Part shown: in pieces, positions 7,471-16,694 of the stretch | Layout of the letters: every line of letters begins with the position of its first letter | Position numbering within the stretch: position 1 is the first letter of the stretch | Source: a bacterium | GTDB lineage: Bacteria; Patescibacteriota; Minisyncoccia; Phycocordibacterales; UBA2100 | Assembly: GCA_038128225.1 (NCBI GenBank) | Contig: JAYPJF010000001.1 | Span: 318,740 to 376,516 of the forward strand | Reading direction: 5' to 3' | Length of the DNA: 57,777 nucleotides | The notes under the pieces: generated by a model | Database searches by the model: none | Told to the model about the DNA's origin: nothing | Seen by the model: the letters and a program-made list of their open reading frames with translations, nothing else | Translations under genes and position numbers: made by a program

Positions 7471-7518
7471 GTTGGGTCGACTGTTCTTTACATTTAGAAG
7501 CGTAAGTCGTTAACGCCT

Positions 7519-7845
7519 ATGATTACCATGATCACCCTGTTTCTTGTCGGACTCATCGACATGATCATTGTTACCGTATGGACCAAGGTTGTTGTCGAGA
7601 CGCGCGTCTTGATGAGCGGAGTAATGACCTTACTCAACGTGCTCATCTGGTACTACGTTCTTGAAAAGATTGTGAGCGATATCTCAAATATATGGCTCGT
7701 GGTCTTTTATGCCGTAGGGTGCGCACTCGGAACAATGCTCGCCACTGCAATTTCAGTTCCTGCGTATCAGGAAAGCTGGATGAAGTGGACACGGCCACTG
7801 CGCGAATTAGTTAACTCAAAAATTCGCTATGGCATCACTCGATGA
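7519..7845 (+). CDS. Small membrane protein, DUF5698/UPF0316-like
   Basis: Three hydrophobic segments with a WYYVL...FYAVGCALGT pattern. Confidence 0.65.
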   Translation: MITMITLFLVGLIDMIIVTVWTKVVVETRVLMSGVMTLLNVLIWYYVLEKIVSDISNIWLVVFYAVGCALGTMLATAISVPAYQESWMKWTRPLRELVNSKIRYGITR

Positions 7846-7865
7846 TGTTCCAGATAGTATGCATT

Positions 7866-7898
7866 AACCGCCCGATTCAATGAGTCGCGGCGGTTTTT
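7866..7898 (+). terminator. Intrinsic terminator
   Basis: AACCGCC...GGCGGTT stem with inner CGATT/AGTCG pairing, followed by a T-run. Confidence 0.6.
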
Positions 7899-7976
7899 GC
7901 ATTTTACATACACTTGCAAGCGCGTTTTTAAGGAGTATAAAAAGAACGGTACCATCGGCCAACAAAGGAGTAGGCC

Positions 7977-8531
7977 ATGAGTGTTGTGCGTAGTTATCAT
8001 TTCGGAGACTCTGGCGAGGTTCGTGATTGTCAGGAAATCGGTGAATTTAGGGGCAGGGTTAAACAGTTCAAGACTTCTGGCGGTTACGGCTTTATTGTTC
8101 CCGAAGGAGGAGGAGAAGATATATTCTTTCACGCAGGCAATTTGTTCGAGGCGGGCTACACGAAGGTTCTCGCAGGTTCCCGGGTGGTTTGTGGAGTTGT
8201 GCGTGGTCCAAAAGGTCTGCGGGTCTCTCGTATCATCGAGATGGATGAAAGTACCGCTAAAGAGCCGCCACGGCTACCACCAGGTTCAAGAATCGTTGAA
8301 GCTGAGGGCGAGTGGGAGAATGCCACGGTAAAATGGTTCAACCCTGAACGAGGGTTTGGCTTCCTCACTCGCGGGATCGGAACGCCGGATATATTCTGCC
8401 ATGCTTCCGTTCTGAAACGGTCTGGTTTCCTCAGGGTTGTGGCGCCTGGCAGGCGTGTCGAGGTGCGGTACGGGCGTTCACTTTACGGACTTTCGGCGGT
8501 TGAGATACGCTTTTCGGCTAAGGTTGGATGA
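7977..8531 (+). CDS. Tandem cold-shock-domain protein
   Basis: Two CSDs with RNP1/RNP2-like motifs (GYGFI..DIFFH; VKWFN..GFGFL..DIFCH), joined by an MDESTA linker. AAGGAG lies upstream. Confidence 0.88.
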   Translation: MSVVRSYHFGDSGEVRDCQEIGEFRGRVKQFKTSGGYGFIVPEGGGEDIFFHAGNLFEAGYTKVLAGSRVVCGVVRGPKGLRVSRIIEMDESTAKEPPRLPPGSRIVEAEGEWENATVKWFNPERGFGFLTRGIGTPDIFCHASVLKRSGFLRVVAPGRRVEVRYGRSLYGLSAVEIRFSAKVG

Positions 8532-8538
8532 ATATGCG

Positions 8539-8567
8539 GCGGAGGCTTTGGCCTCCGCTTTCATTTT
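8539..8567 (+). terminator. Intrinsic terminator
   Basis: GCGGAGGC-TTTG-GCCTCCGC followed by TTTCATTTT. Confidence 0.75.
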
Positions 8568-8609
8568 CTATACAACTCACTACAATACTTTCGTGTATAG
8601 CATGGCTAT

Positions 8610-8691
8610 GGGCATGTGGCGGAATTGGTATACGCGTGCGTCTCAGAAGCGCATTCCGAAAGGATTGGGAGTTCAAGTCTCCCCATGCCCA
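8610..8691 (+). tRNA. trnL: tRNA-Leu(CAG), no encoded CCA
   Basis: GGGCATG/CATGCCC acceptor stem, TGCGT-CTCAGAA-GCGCA anticodon arm, long variable arm TCCGAAAGGA, GGGAG-TTCAAGT-CTCCC T-arm. Confidence 0.95.
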
Positions 8692-8693
8692 CT

Positions 8694-9989
8694 ATGAACT
8701 ATCGTGATGCCTTCGCACGTAAAAACATCACCGTTATGGGGCTTGGTGTTCTGGGACGCGGTGTAGGTGATGCGGAATTTCTCGCTGAATGTGGCGCCCA
8801 TGTGTTAGTGACTGATTTAAAGTCAACTGATGCACTGAAGGAATCGGTTCGCCGCCTTGCGAAGTATAAAAACGTTTCGTTTGTACTCGGAGAACATCGG
8901 GAGAAAGATTTTAAGAATGCAGACATGGTTTTGAAAGCGGCTGGAGTGCCGCTTGATTCTCCGTATATTGCAATTGCGCAAGCGCATCATACCCCTGTCG
9001 TTATGAGCAGCGCGCTTTTTACAATACTTACAAAAGCGTACGTCGTTGGAGTGACGGGCACGCGAGGAAAGTCGACGGTCACCCATATGATTCATCATGG
9101 GCTTGCACAAATGGGCAGACCTGCGTTTTTGGGCGGGAATGTTCGAGGCATCTCAACGTTGGCAATGCTTCCAGAGACAAAAAAAGGTGATTATGCGGTG
9201 CTTGAACTCGATTCGTGGCAACTTCAGGGATTCGGGGATCTAAAAATTAGTCCGCACCTTGCAATATTCACCAATTTTATGCCAGATCATCTAAACTACT
9301 ATTCGGACACCACATCTTATTTTAATGACAAAGCCAACATTTTTAGGTTTCAAAAAAGCGGGGGGCATTTACTCGCAAGCCAGACTGTTGTCGATCGTAT
9401 ACGGACACAGCGGCCACCAGTGTGGCCACGTGTTCCAGAGCCGATTCCGGACGAATGGCAGTTGAAGATTCGCGGTGCACATAATCGCGAAAATGCAGCG
9501 CTCGCTGCGGAGGCGCTGCGAGTGCTTGGGCTTAGTGAAGAGAGTGTTAGGGGGACGCTTGAGACATTCGCAGGTATTCCTGGGCGGCTCGAGTTTGTGC
9601 GCGAACTTAATGGTGTCTCGATCTATAATGATTCAAACGCAACAACACCTGATGCAACTATTGCAGGCCTCCGCGCGTTCCCTGAAGGGAGGATTATTCT
9701 TATTGCGGGGGGCGCTGACAAGAGTATTCCAGTACAAGGATTATGTTCCGAAATAATGACGCGCACTAAGCGGTTGATACTGGTTGAGGGAACAGGGACA
9801 CACCGGCTTTCAGAAGAATTCGCTGGGGCTCCGGTTCACAATTCAATTGAACGAGCTCTTGCTGATGCGCTGGGGCATGCAAAAAGCGGCGACACGATTC
9901 TTTTCAGCCCTGCTTTCGCGTCGTTTGGGATGTTTAAAAACGAATATGATCGAAGTGACCAGTTTACGGCAGAAGTTCGCGCGCTCTAA
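8694..9989 (+). CDS. murD: UDP-N-acetylmuramoyl-L-alanine--D-glutamate ligase
   Basis: VMGLGVLG, GVTGTRGKST, LGGN, ELDSWQL, DHLNYY, YNDSNATT, LIAGG.DK, LFSPAFASF..F.N..DR...F. Start corrected to the ATG at 8694 because the longer ORF runs through the tRNA. Confidence 0.95.
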   Translation: MNYRDAFARKNITVMGLGVLGRGVGDAEFLAECGAHVLVTDLKSTDALKESVRRLAKYKNVSFVLGEHREKDFKNADMVLKAAGVPLDSPYIAIAQAHHTPVVMSSALFTILTKAYVVGVTGTRGKSTVTHMIHHGLAQMGRPAFLGGNVRGISTLAMLPETKKGDYAVLELDSWQLQGFGDLKISPHLAIFTNFMPDHLNYYSDTTSYFNDKANIFRFQKSGGHLLASQTVVDRIRTQRPPVWPRVPEPIPDEWQLKIRGAHNRENAALAAEALRVLGLSEESVRGTLETFAGIPGRLEFVRELNGVSIYNDSNATTPDATIAGLRAFPEGRIILIAGGADKSIPVQGLCSEIMTRTKRLILVEGTGTHRLSEEFAGAPVHNSIERALADALGHAKSGDTILFSPAFASFGMFKNEYDRSDQFTAEVRAL

Positions 9990-10034
9990 CGAATACACGT
10001 GTTAATGTGCCAGCAAGCTGGTACAGTAGTGGGC

Positions 10035-11324
10035 ATGAATTACCGAATCCAAGGAGGTAAACCGCTTTCCGGTACCATTCAAACAAATACATCAAAAAAC
10101 GCTGCAGTAGCACTTTTGTGCGCATCGCTTCTTAATAAAGGGAAAACAATACTTGAGCGCATGCCCCGAATCGAGGAGGTGAATCGGTTAGTTGAAGTAC
10201 TTGAAAGCATCGGCGTTACTGTTACTCGTGAGGGGGGAACGATCACCATTAAGCCGCCTAAAACGCTCTCGCTTCAGACGATGGACAGGGAAGCGGCTGA
10301 AAAAACACGCTCGATTTCTTTGTTTGCGGGGGTGTTGAGTCACTGGGAAAAGGAATTCATGCTTCCTGTTGCCGGCGGGTGTCACTTGGGAGCGCGTTCA
10401 CTACAGGCGCATACTGATGCGCTCGGGGCGCTTGGGATAGAGATGAAAGGAACCGACGCGGGGTGGCATGTCCGTGCGTGGGACAAGCGCGCTGGAGAAA
10501 TAATCATGAGCGAAGCAAGTGATACTGGCGTTGAGAATGCACTGTTTGCCGCAGCGCTTTTACCCGGCACAACGACGATTCGTTTCGCGTCGTCAAATTA
10601 CATGGTGCAAGACGTGTGCGCGTTTCTTCAAAAACTCGGCGTTGCCGTTGAGGGCGCCGGTACAAGTACGCTTGCCGTGCACGGAGTTTCATCGATCGAT
10701 ACAGAAGTTACCTTCACTCCGAGCGAAGATCCAATCGAATCAATGTTTTTTGTCGCACTCGCTGCGACGACACGATCGCGCCTGACAATAACACAGTGCC
10801 CAATTGATTTTCTCGAACTAGAACTGCTTCATCTCAAAAAAATGGGACTCGCTGTTGGGCGAACAGAGGTGTATGTGCGTGATCGAGTGAGACTGGCAGA
10901 TCTCACCATTGAGCCGTCTGAATTGTTTGCTACACAAGAAAAAATCGCGCCGCTTCCGTATCCAGGCATCAATATAGATAATCTCCCTTTTTTCGTGCCG
11001 GTTGCAACACAAGCAAAAGGACGCACGCTTATTCACGACTGGGTGTATGAAAACCGCGCTATTTATTACACAGAAATAAACAAACTCGGCGCTGACGTTG
11101 TGCTTGCCGATCCTCACCGAGTATTTGTTACTGGACCAACACCACTTCACGCGGCGACGATAAAGGCGCCGCCGGCGCTTCGACCCGCAACCATGCTTTT
11201 AATCGGCATGCTTGCTGCACAAGGGGAGTCTGTTTTACAAGGCGTGTATCCGATAAATCGTGGCTATGAACAATTGCACGAACGATTAAACGCACTGGGA
11301 GCTCAGATTGAATCGTATGTCTAA
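10035..11324 (+). CDS. murA: UDP-N-acetylglucosamine 1-carboxyvinyltransferase
   Basis: SKNAA, GGCHLGAR (catalytic Cys retained), YPGINID, YENR, RGYE. Confidence 0.95.
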   Translation: MNYRIQGGKPLSGTIQTNTSKNAAVALLCASLLNKGKTILERMPRIEEVNRLVEVLESIGVTVTREGGTITIKPPKTLSLQTMDREAAEKTRSISLFAGVLSHWEKEFMLPVAGGCHLGARSLQAHTDALGALGIEMKGTDAGWHVRAWDKRAGEIIMSEASDTGVENALFAAALLPGTTTIRFASSNYMVQDVCAFLQKLGVAVEGAGTSTLAVHGVSSIDTEVTFTPSEDPIESMFFVALAATTRSRLTITQCPIDFLELELLHLKKMGLAVGRTEVYVRDRVRLADLTIEPSELFATQEKIAPLPYPGINIDNLPFFVPVATQAKGRTLIHDWVYENRAIYYTEINKLGADVVLADPHRVFVTGPTPLHAATIKAPPALRPATMLLIGMLAAQGESVLQGVYPINRGYEQLHERLNALGAQIESYV

Positions 11325-12012
11325 TATCGGCACCCTGTATGTGGTGGGAACGCCGATTGGGAACCTTGAAGACATTACACTGCGTGCGCTGCGCACTCTT
11401 AAAGAATGCGATGTGATTTTTTGTGAGGACACTCGGGTAACGGCGAAGCTCCTGACACGGTACAATATTGAAAAACCTTTGGTGCGCTGTGATGAAAAAC
11501 AAGAACTCGTGGCTAGTAAAAAAGCGATCGCGTTACTTACTGAGGGAAAATCGGTTGCGCTTGTCTCCGATGCGGGCACTCCGGGTATTTCCGACCCAGG
11601 TTCGCGATTAGTGTCTGAACTGCGACGTACGCTCGGTAGCGCATTCCCCATCATTCCTATTCCGGGACCTTCTGCAGTTGCGGCAGCGCTCTCTGTTTCG
11701 GGAGTGGATACGCGAGAATTTGTTTTCTTAGGTTTTCTGCCTCACAAAAAAGGTCGGCAAACTGCTCTGAAAGAGATTGCCGCATCATCGCATACAGTCG
11801 TTTTATACGAATCGCCGCATCGGATTCTCAAATTGTGTCGGGAGCTTTCTGAGCAAATTGGTGATCGAATAGTTGTTGTGTTGCGGGAACTTACAAAATC
11901 ATTCGAAAGTACGTACGTGGGAACACTTGCCGATATAAGCTCACGTCTTGAAGAAGAACATCATGATCGTGGGGAATTTGTCGTGGTTGTACCCTCTGGC
12001 AAGGGACGTTAA
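11317..12012 (+). CDS. rsmI: 16S rRNA (cytidine1402-2'-O)-methyltransferase
   Basis: LYVVGTPIGNLEDITLRAL, CEDTR, LVSDAGTPGISDPG, PGPSA, YESPHR, RELTK, GEFVV. Confidence 0.96.
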   Translation: MSNIGTLYVVGTPIGNLEDITLRALRTLKECDVIFCEDTRVTAKLLTRYNIEKPLVRCDEKQELVASKKAIALLTEGKSVALVSDAGTPGISDPGSRLVSELRRTLGSAFPIIPIPGPSAVAAALSVSGVDTREFVFLGFLPHKKGRQTALKEIAASSHTVVLYESPHRILKLCRELSEQIGDRIVVVLRELTKSFESTYVGTLADISSRLEEEHHDRGEFVVVVPSGKGR

Positions 12013-12031
12013 ACACGGTACACTGGTGGGC

Positions 12032-12226
12032 ATGACGAAGGACGTACTCATCATGCTCGCAGGTCTTCTAGTCGCATTCCTCCCATTCTTGGGTTTTCCT
12101 AATGCGTGGGATCAATGGATTTTATTAGGATTAGGCGTCGCCATCATTGCGCTCGGCGTTGCCGTGCGCCGCAGTAGGCGACGGGCGCCGCTTCAGGTGG
12201 CTACGCAGCATGAAGAAACACACTAA
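12032..12226 (+). CDS. Small two-helix membrane protein (hypothetical)
   Basis: Two hydrophobic segments (LPFLGFP...W) and a basic tail. TACACT -10 lies 7 nt before the ATG. Confidence 0.65.
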   Translation: MTKDVLIMLAGLLVAFLPFLGFPNAWDQWILLGLGVAIIALGVAVRRSRRRAPLQVATQHEETH

Positions 12227-13433
12227 GCGAACGTACTCGTTTGCGCTTGGAAGTGGGCTCGCCGTCACCATACTTGGTCTTCTTGCCCCCACGCTCATGC
12301 CGCACCTTTTTGCGCTCGATGTTTCCTATGATCGTGGAGGAGTGGCGACAACCACCGAACGTGTGACTCCAACAGTTGAGCACCTGGCTACGCCGCAGGC
12401 GGTAAAGGCAGTGTATCTTTCACAATGTGGCGCGAGTTCCGAGACGTTGCGTACAAGCGTTTTGAAGCTTGCTGAGGAAACAGAAGTTAACGCGATCGTA
12501 CTTGATTTAAAAGACTACACGGGGACCGTGAGTTTTCCATCTGAGACCGCAGTGTCTGGTGGTAAGGGATGTACGATCTCTGATTTTCGCGCATTGGTAA
12601 AACATATGCACGAGCAGGGGATTTATGTGATCGGGCGCCTCACCGTATTTCAAGACCCGCTTTATACTAAAACATATCCTGAACGTGCTGTGCAGCGCAC
12701 AGGCGGAGGAGTGTGGCACGATTATAAGGGACTTGCGTTTGTTGATGTTGGAGCACGCCCATTTTGGGACTACATTGTGACCCTTGCAAAAGAAGCGCAC
12801 GCACTTGGGGTTGATGAGATAAACTTTGATTACATTCGATACCCTTCCGACGGGCCTATGAAAGAAGCAGTGTACACACACTCGCAAGGTGCACATGCTG
12901 ATAACGTAGAGCGCTTCTTCCAATATCTTTCTCAAGAGATACGCGTGTCACAAGGCGGGCATCAGCCGGTTACATCTGCGGATTTGTTTGGCATGACGAC
13001 GACGAACACCGACGATTTGAATATCGGGCAAGTACTCGAGCGCGCGCTTCCGTATTTCGACTATATTGCACCAATGGTGTATCCGTCTCATTATCCGAAA
13101 GGCTTTAATGGGTGGGATAATCCAAACCAGCACGTCTATGACATCATCGAATTTTCGATGACACGCGCGGTTACGCGAGCGCAAGCGACTACCACAAAAG
13201 TGTTTTCATTTGCGCATGAGCGTATTGGTACGTCAACGCCTGCACTCTACAAAAAACAGGTGTATAAACCGAATGTGTTACGGCCTTGGATCCAAGATTT
13301 TGACTACGGGGGAGAGTATGGAGCTAAAGAAGTGCGTGATCAAATTCAAGCCGCGTACGACTCAGGACTAAACTCGTGGCTTATCTGGTCTCCCTCGAAT
13401 CGCTATACGCGAGAGGCACTGCTTCCAAACTAG
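12210..13433 (+). CDS. Putative glycoside hydrolase (DUF4015-like TIM barrel) with N-terminal membrane anchor
   Basis: VNAIVLDLKD, GRLTVFQDP, GVDEINFDYIRYP, SADLFG, PMVYPSHY, RPWIQDF. Confidence 0.8.
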   Translation: MKKHTKRTYSFALGSGLAVTILGLLAPTLMPHLFALDVSYDRGGVATTTERVTPTVEHLATPQAVKAVYLSQCGASSETLRTSVLKLAEETEVNAIVLDLKDYTGTVSFPSETAVSGGKGCTISDFRALVKHMHEQGIYVIGRLTVFQDPLYTKTYPERAVQRTGGGVWHDYKGLAFVDVGARPFWDYIVTLAKEAHALGVDEINFDYIRYPSDGPMKEAVYTHSQGAHADNVERFFQYLSQEIRVSQGGHQPVTSADLFGMTTTNTDDLNIGQVLERALPYFDYIAPMVYPSHYPKGFNGWDNPNQHVYDIIEFSMTRAVTRAQATTTKVFSFAHERIGTSTPALYKKQVYKPNVLRPWIQDFDYGGEYGAKEVRDQIQAAYDSGLNSWLIWSPSNRYTREALLPN

Positions 13434-13453
13434 CTTCGCGTTATACTACACGC

Positions 13454-15232
13454 ATGACGTGGTCGTATGACCCAGAAAAAATAACGTATTTTGCTGCAAC
13501 GCATACACGTGGGCAGCATCGCGCGTTTGGAATTCGTGCGAAAGATCGTACGAAGCATATGTATGTCATCGGAAAAACGGGTATGGGTAAATCAACCATG
13601 CTCGAAAATCTAGCGATTCAAGATATCCAAAACGGCGAAGGGGTATGCTTTATCGATCCGCACGGGTCGACTGCAGAAAAACTCCTTGATTTTATACCGC
13701 AAGAGCGCATCAAAGACGTGGTTTATTTTGCCCCGTTTGATACAGAGTACCCAATCGGTTTTAACGTGATGGAAGACGTGGGTTATGACAATCGGCACCT
13801 TGTGGTCTCAGGGCTCATGGGCGTGTTTGAGCGGTTGTGGGCAGATGCTTGGAGCGCGCGCATGTCATACATTTTACAGAACACATTGTATGCACTTTTG
13901 GAGTATCCCAACGCTACATTACTTGACGTGAATGCGATGCTCACCAATAAAACATTTCGCGAAGACGTGGTGAATCATATTACCGATCCAGTGGTTGAAC
14001 AGTTTTGGAAAGGAGAATTCGCAAGCTACACCGACCGCTACACGCAAGAAGCAACTCCTGCTATCCAAAACAAGATAGGGCAGCTGACCAACAACCCGCT
14101 TATTAGAAATATCCTTGGGCAGACCGAATCCTCGATCAACATCCGGGAAATGATGGATGCGCGGAAGATTTTTATTGTTAACCTTTCAAAAGGACGAATG
14201 GGAGAGAGTAATTCTGCACTTCTCGGCGCAATGCTCGTGGTGAAGATCTACTTGTCTGCGATGAGTCGAGCAAGCGAGACCGCCCAGCGGCAAGCGCAAC
14301 TCCCACCATTTTATTTTTACGTTGACGAATTCCAATCGGTGGTAAACGAAGCGTTCGCGAACATTCTCTCAGAGTCTCGAAAGTACAAGCTCGCATTAAT
14401 TGTGGCAAACCAATACATCACGCAGATGGATGAAACGGTACGCGACGCTGTTTTCGGCAACGTCGGCACGTTCATTGCGTTTCGCGTAGGCCCAATTGAT
14501 GCAGAATTTATTGAGGTTATGTTTAAGCCGACGTTTGAAGCGCAGGATTTAGTAAACCTTGGGTTGGGCGCCACATATCTTACGCTCATGATCGACGGCG
14601 TGGGGTCACAGCCATTTTCTGCACAAACACTCCCGCCGATTGAATCTCCTGGGACCACGTATCGCGACGACATTATCGAAGCGTCTCGTTCTCGGTACGC
14701 AAAACCTCGCAAAACAATTGAGGAGCATGTTAATGCACGAGTGCGTAAATGGCTTACTGCTGAAAAAGATGCGCACAAAGTACGCAGTTCGGCTGGTCAA
14801 AAGAATGGAAAACCCGGTGGAAACGGTACTCAAGGTTTTCGACCATCGTTCAGTAAGCCAGAGGTGACGCATGAGGCGCCCAAGCCTCAACCGGTACAAG
14901 CGCGCCCGCCTGTCCAAGAGCGACAAGAACGAGAAGTACCAGTACAGAGAAGGGAAGAGACGCCCCGCGAAGCACCTCGATCACCGATAGAAACACTTCG
15001 TGCGAAACAAACAGATCGACACGTACAACAGCCGCAGAAACCCGATGTGCGCAACGCGCTCAAGGATGCTATCCTTGCCGCGCAAAGAAACAAATCGGAA
15101 CAGAGGAATAATACTGTGCAACCAGAAAAGACGGAGCCGCATTCTTCCCAAGAAAAAAAACACAGCCCACCGACCAGTGACGCTGATGAAATAGACCCAA
15201 AAGAGTTGCGAAAACTCTTGTATGAAGAGTAA
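13454..15232 (+). CDS. VirD4/TraD/TrwB-like (DUF87/HerA-related) P-loop ATPase with low-complexity C-terminus
   Basis: Walker A GKTGMGKS, FIDPHG, Walker B YVDEFQ, LSESRKY, ANQYITQ, FGNVGT. Confidence 0.85.
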   Translation: MTWSYDPEKITYFAATHTRGQHRAFGIRAKDRTKHMYVIGKTGMGKSTMLENLAIQDIQNGEGVCFIDPHGSTAEKLLDFIPQERIKDVVYFAPFDTEYPIGFNVMEDVGYDNRHLVVSGLMGVFERLWADAWSARMSYILQNTLYALLEYPNATLLDVNAMLTNKTFREDVVNHITDPVVEQFWKGEFASYTDRYTQEATPAIQNKIGQLTNNPLIRNILGQTESSINIREMMDARKIFIVNLSKGRMGESNSALLGAMLVVKIYLSAMSRASETAQRQAQLPPFYFYVDEFQSVVNEAFANILSESRKYKLALIVANQYITQMDETVRDAVFGNVGTFIAFRVGPIDAEFIEVMFKPTFEAQDLVNLGLGATYLTLMIDGVGSQPFSAQTLPPIESPGTTYRDDIIEASRSRYAKPRKTIEEHVNARVRKWLTAEKDAHKVRSSAGQKNGKPGGNGTQGFRPSFSKPEVTHEAPKPQPVQARPPVQERQEREVPVQRREETPREAPRSPIETLRAKQTDRHVQQPQKPDVRNALKDAILAAQRNKSEQRNNTVQPEKTEPHSSQEKKHSPPTSDADEIDPKELRKLLYEE

Positions 15233-16676
15233 GTTTTTCATCGCCGCGCTCGCATCTTTGTTAGCAATCCCCACAGGTATTTCTGCGGTCGTTGAAGTGA
15301 GTGAGGTGATGTACGATGTCTCAAGCGAACTGGGGTCTGATGACAAACGAGAATGGATTGAGCTTCACAATACAGGAGACGTGGCTATCGACGTGACTGG
15401 ATGGAAAATCAACGACGGGTCAAACCATGCGCTAAATGAACCGCCACTTAACGGTGGCCGGGGTGTGCTCACTGTTCCTCCGCAAGGATATGTGGTTCTC
15501 GCAGATGATGCCACGGCATTTCTTGAAGCGTTCACTGTGCCGCCTACAACTACAGTGATTGATACGGTATTGAGTCTCAATAATAGCGGCGACACAATTA
15601 CCCTCTATGATGCAAACGGTGGCGTCGTAGATTCGGCAACCTATACCGCGGATGTGGGCGCGAGTGGTGATGGTCGTACACTGCATCGAATAAACAAACA
15701 GGCATTTTTGCATGGGTCCGCTACCCCAGGGACTGTTCAGCCGGACGATGTTGGCGTGGTTTCTGAAGTCGAGTCGGAACCAGTCTCAGCTCCACATAAA
15801 GCATCGGCCATACAAGAGGATGTAACGCCGAAATTCAAGCTGCGACTGAACGGCCCGAAAGATGTAATTGTTGGTGCGACGGCTTTTTTTGAAGGGGAAG
15901 TGATTGATTCGAAAGGCGATCCAATTGCAGGTTCGACACGTATTGTGTGGAATTTTGGTGACAGTCTCGTTGCAGAAGGTAGTGCGGTTGAACACACGTG
16001 GAAACATCCAGGACGGTACGCGCTTGTGGTGACTGTTTCAAGCGGGAAGACTGCGCTCACGGAGCAGCGTATCATTGCGGCACGACCCGCACATATCGAA
16101 CTGACGTTTAAAGATCAGGCGCTTGAGTTACGCAACGCATCAAGTCGCGACCTTGATGTTTCGCATTGGCTAGTACAAACAGAAAAGTTGTTTTTTGTGA
16201 TTCCTGAGCACACGATCATCCTTGCTGGAGAGCTGATACGATTTACCTCTGACGTGGTGCGCATGCCTCTTTCTCTCGATACTGTGGTGGCGTTTCCAAA
16301 CGGCGTGATAGTTGCTACTGCAACGCCAATACTTATATCGGAGCGTTTTGACAAAATGCCCGAAAAAAATACAGCCACTGAAGATTTTGTATTAGCCCAG
16401 ACTGAATTCGCGAGTGAAGAGAATAAGGCAGAAGAAATAAGTCGGGAACGGGAAGTGAATGACGAATCAAAAATCGCTCCCGTCTCTACGGTAGAGGCCC
16501 AATCAGCGGCAAGCGCAGCTGCTTTGGTCGAAAACGTACAATTTTCTTTTCCCACGGCACCGTGGATTCTTTCGCTACTAGGGATTATCGGTATCGGGAT
16601 CGTGGGTGTATCTGCTGCACGACCAATACAAAAGGAAGTGTCACCTCCGGGTTGGCTTATTGAAGAAATTGATTGA
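15222..16676 (+). CDS. Secreted/surface protein with lamin-tail domain, PKD domain and C-terminal TM anchor
   Basis: Signal peptide; VSEVMYD..EWIELHN..VTGWKI..LNNSGDTITL (LTD); WNFGD..HTW..PGRY..TV (PKD); C-terminal hydrophobic helix. Confidence 0.85.
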   Translation: MKSKFFIAALASLLAIPTGISAVVEVSEVMYDVSSELGSDDKREWIELHNTGDVAIDVTGWKINDGSNHALNEPPLNGGRGVLTVPPQGYVVLADDATAFLEAFTVPPTTTVIDTVLSLNNSGDTITLYDANGGVVDSATYTADVGASGDGRTLHRINKQAFLHGSATPGTVQPDDVGVVSEVESEPVSAPHKASAIQEDVTPKFKLRLNGPKDVIVGATAFFEGEVIDSKGDPIAGSTRIVWNFGDSLVAEGSAVEHTWKHPGRYALVVTVSSGKTALTEQRIIAARPAHIELTFKDQALELRNASSRDLDVSHWLVQTEKLFFVIPEHTIILAGELIRFTSDVVRMPLSLDTVVAFPNGVIVATATPILISERFDKMPEKNTATEDFVLAQTEFASEENKAEEISREREVNDESKIAPVSTVEAQSAASAAALVENVQFSFPTAPWILSLLGIIGIGIVGVSAARPIQKEVSPPGWLIEEID

Positions 16677-16694
16677 TTAATGTAGTGTTTTCTA

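Noticed and set aside
8616-8693. N-terminal extension of MurD from GTG 8616
   Set aside because: It overlaps tRNA-Leu completely. MurD homology begins at MNYRD (8694).
13454-15232. Conjugative element or mobile island around the VirD4-like gene
   Set aside because: No relaxase, VirB4, integrase, flanking repeats or obvious composition shift; the neighbours are housekeeping or envelope genes.
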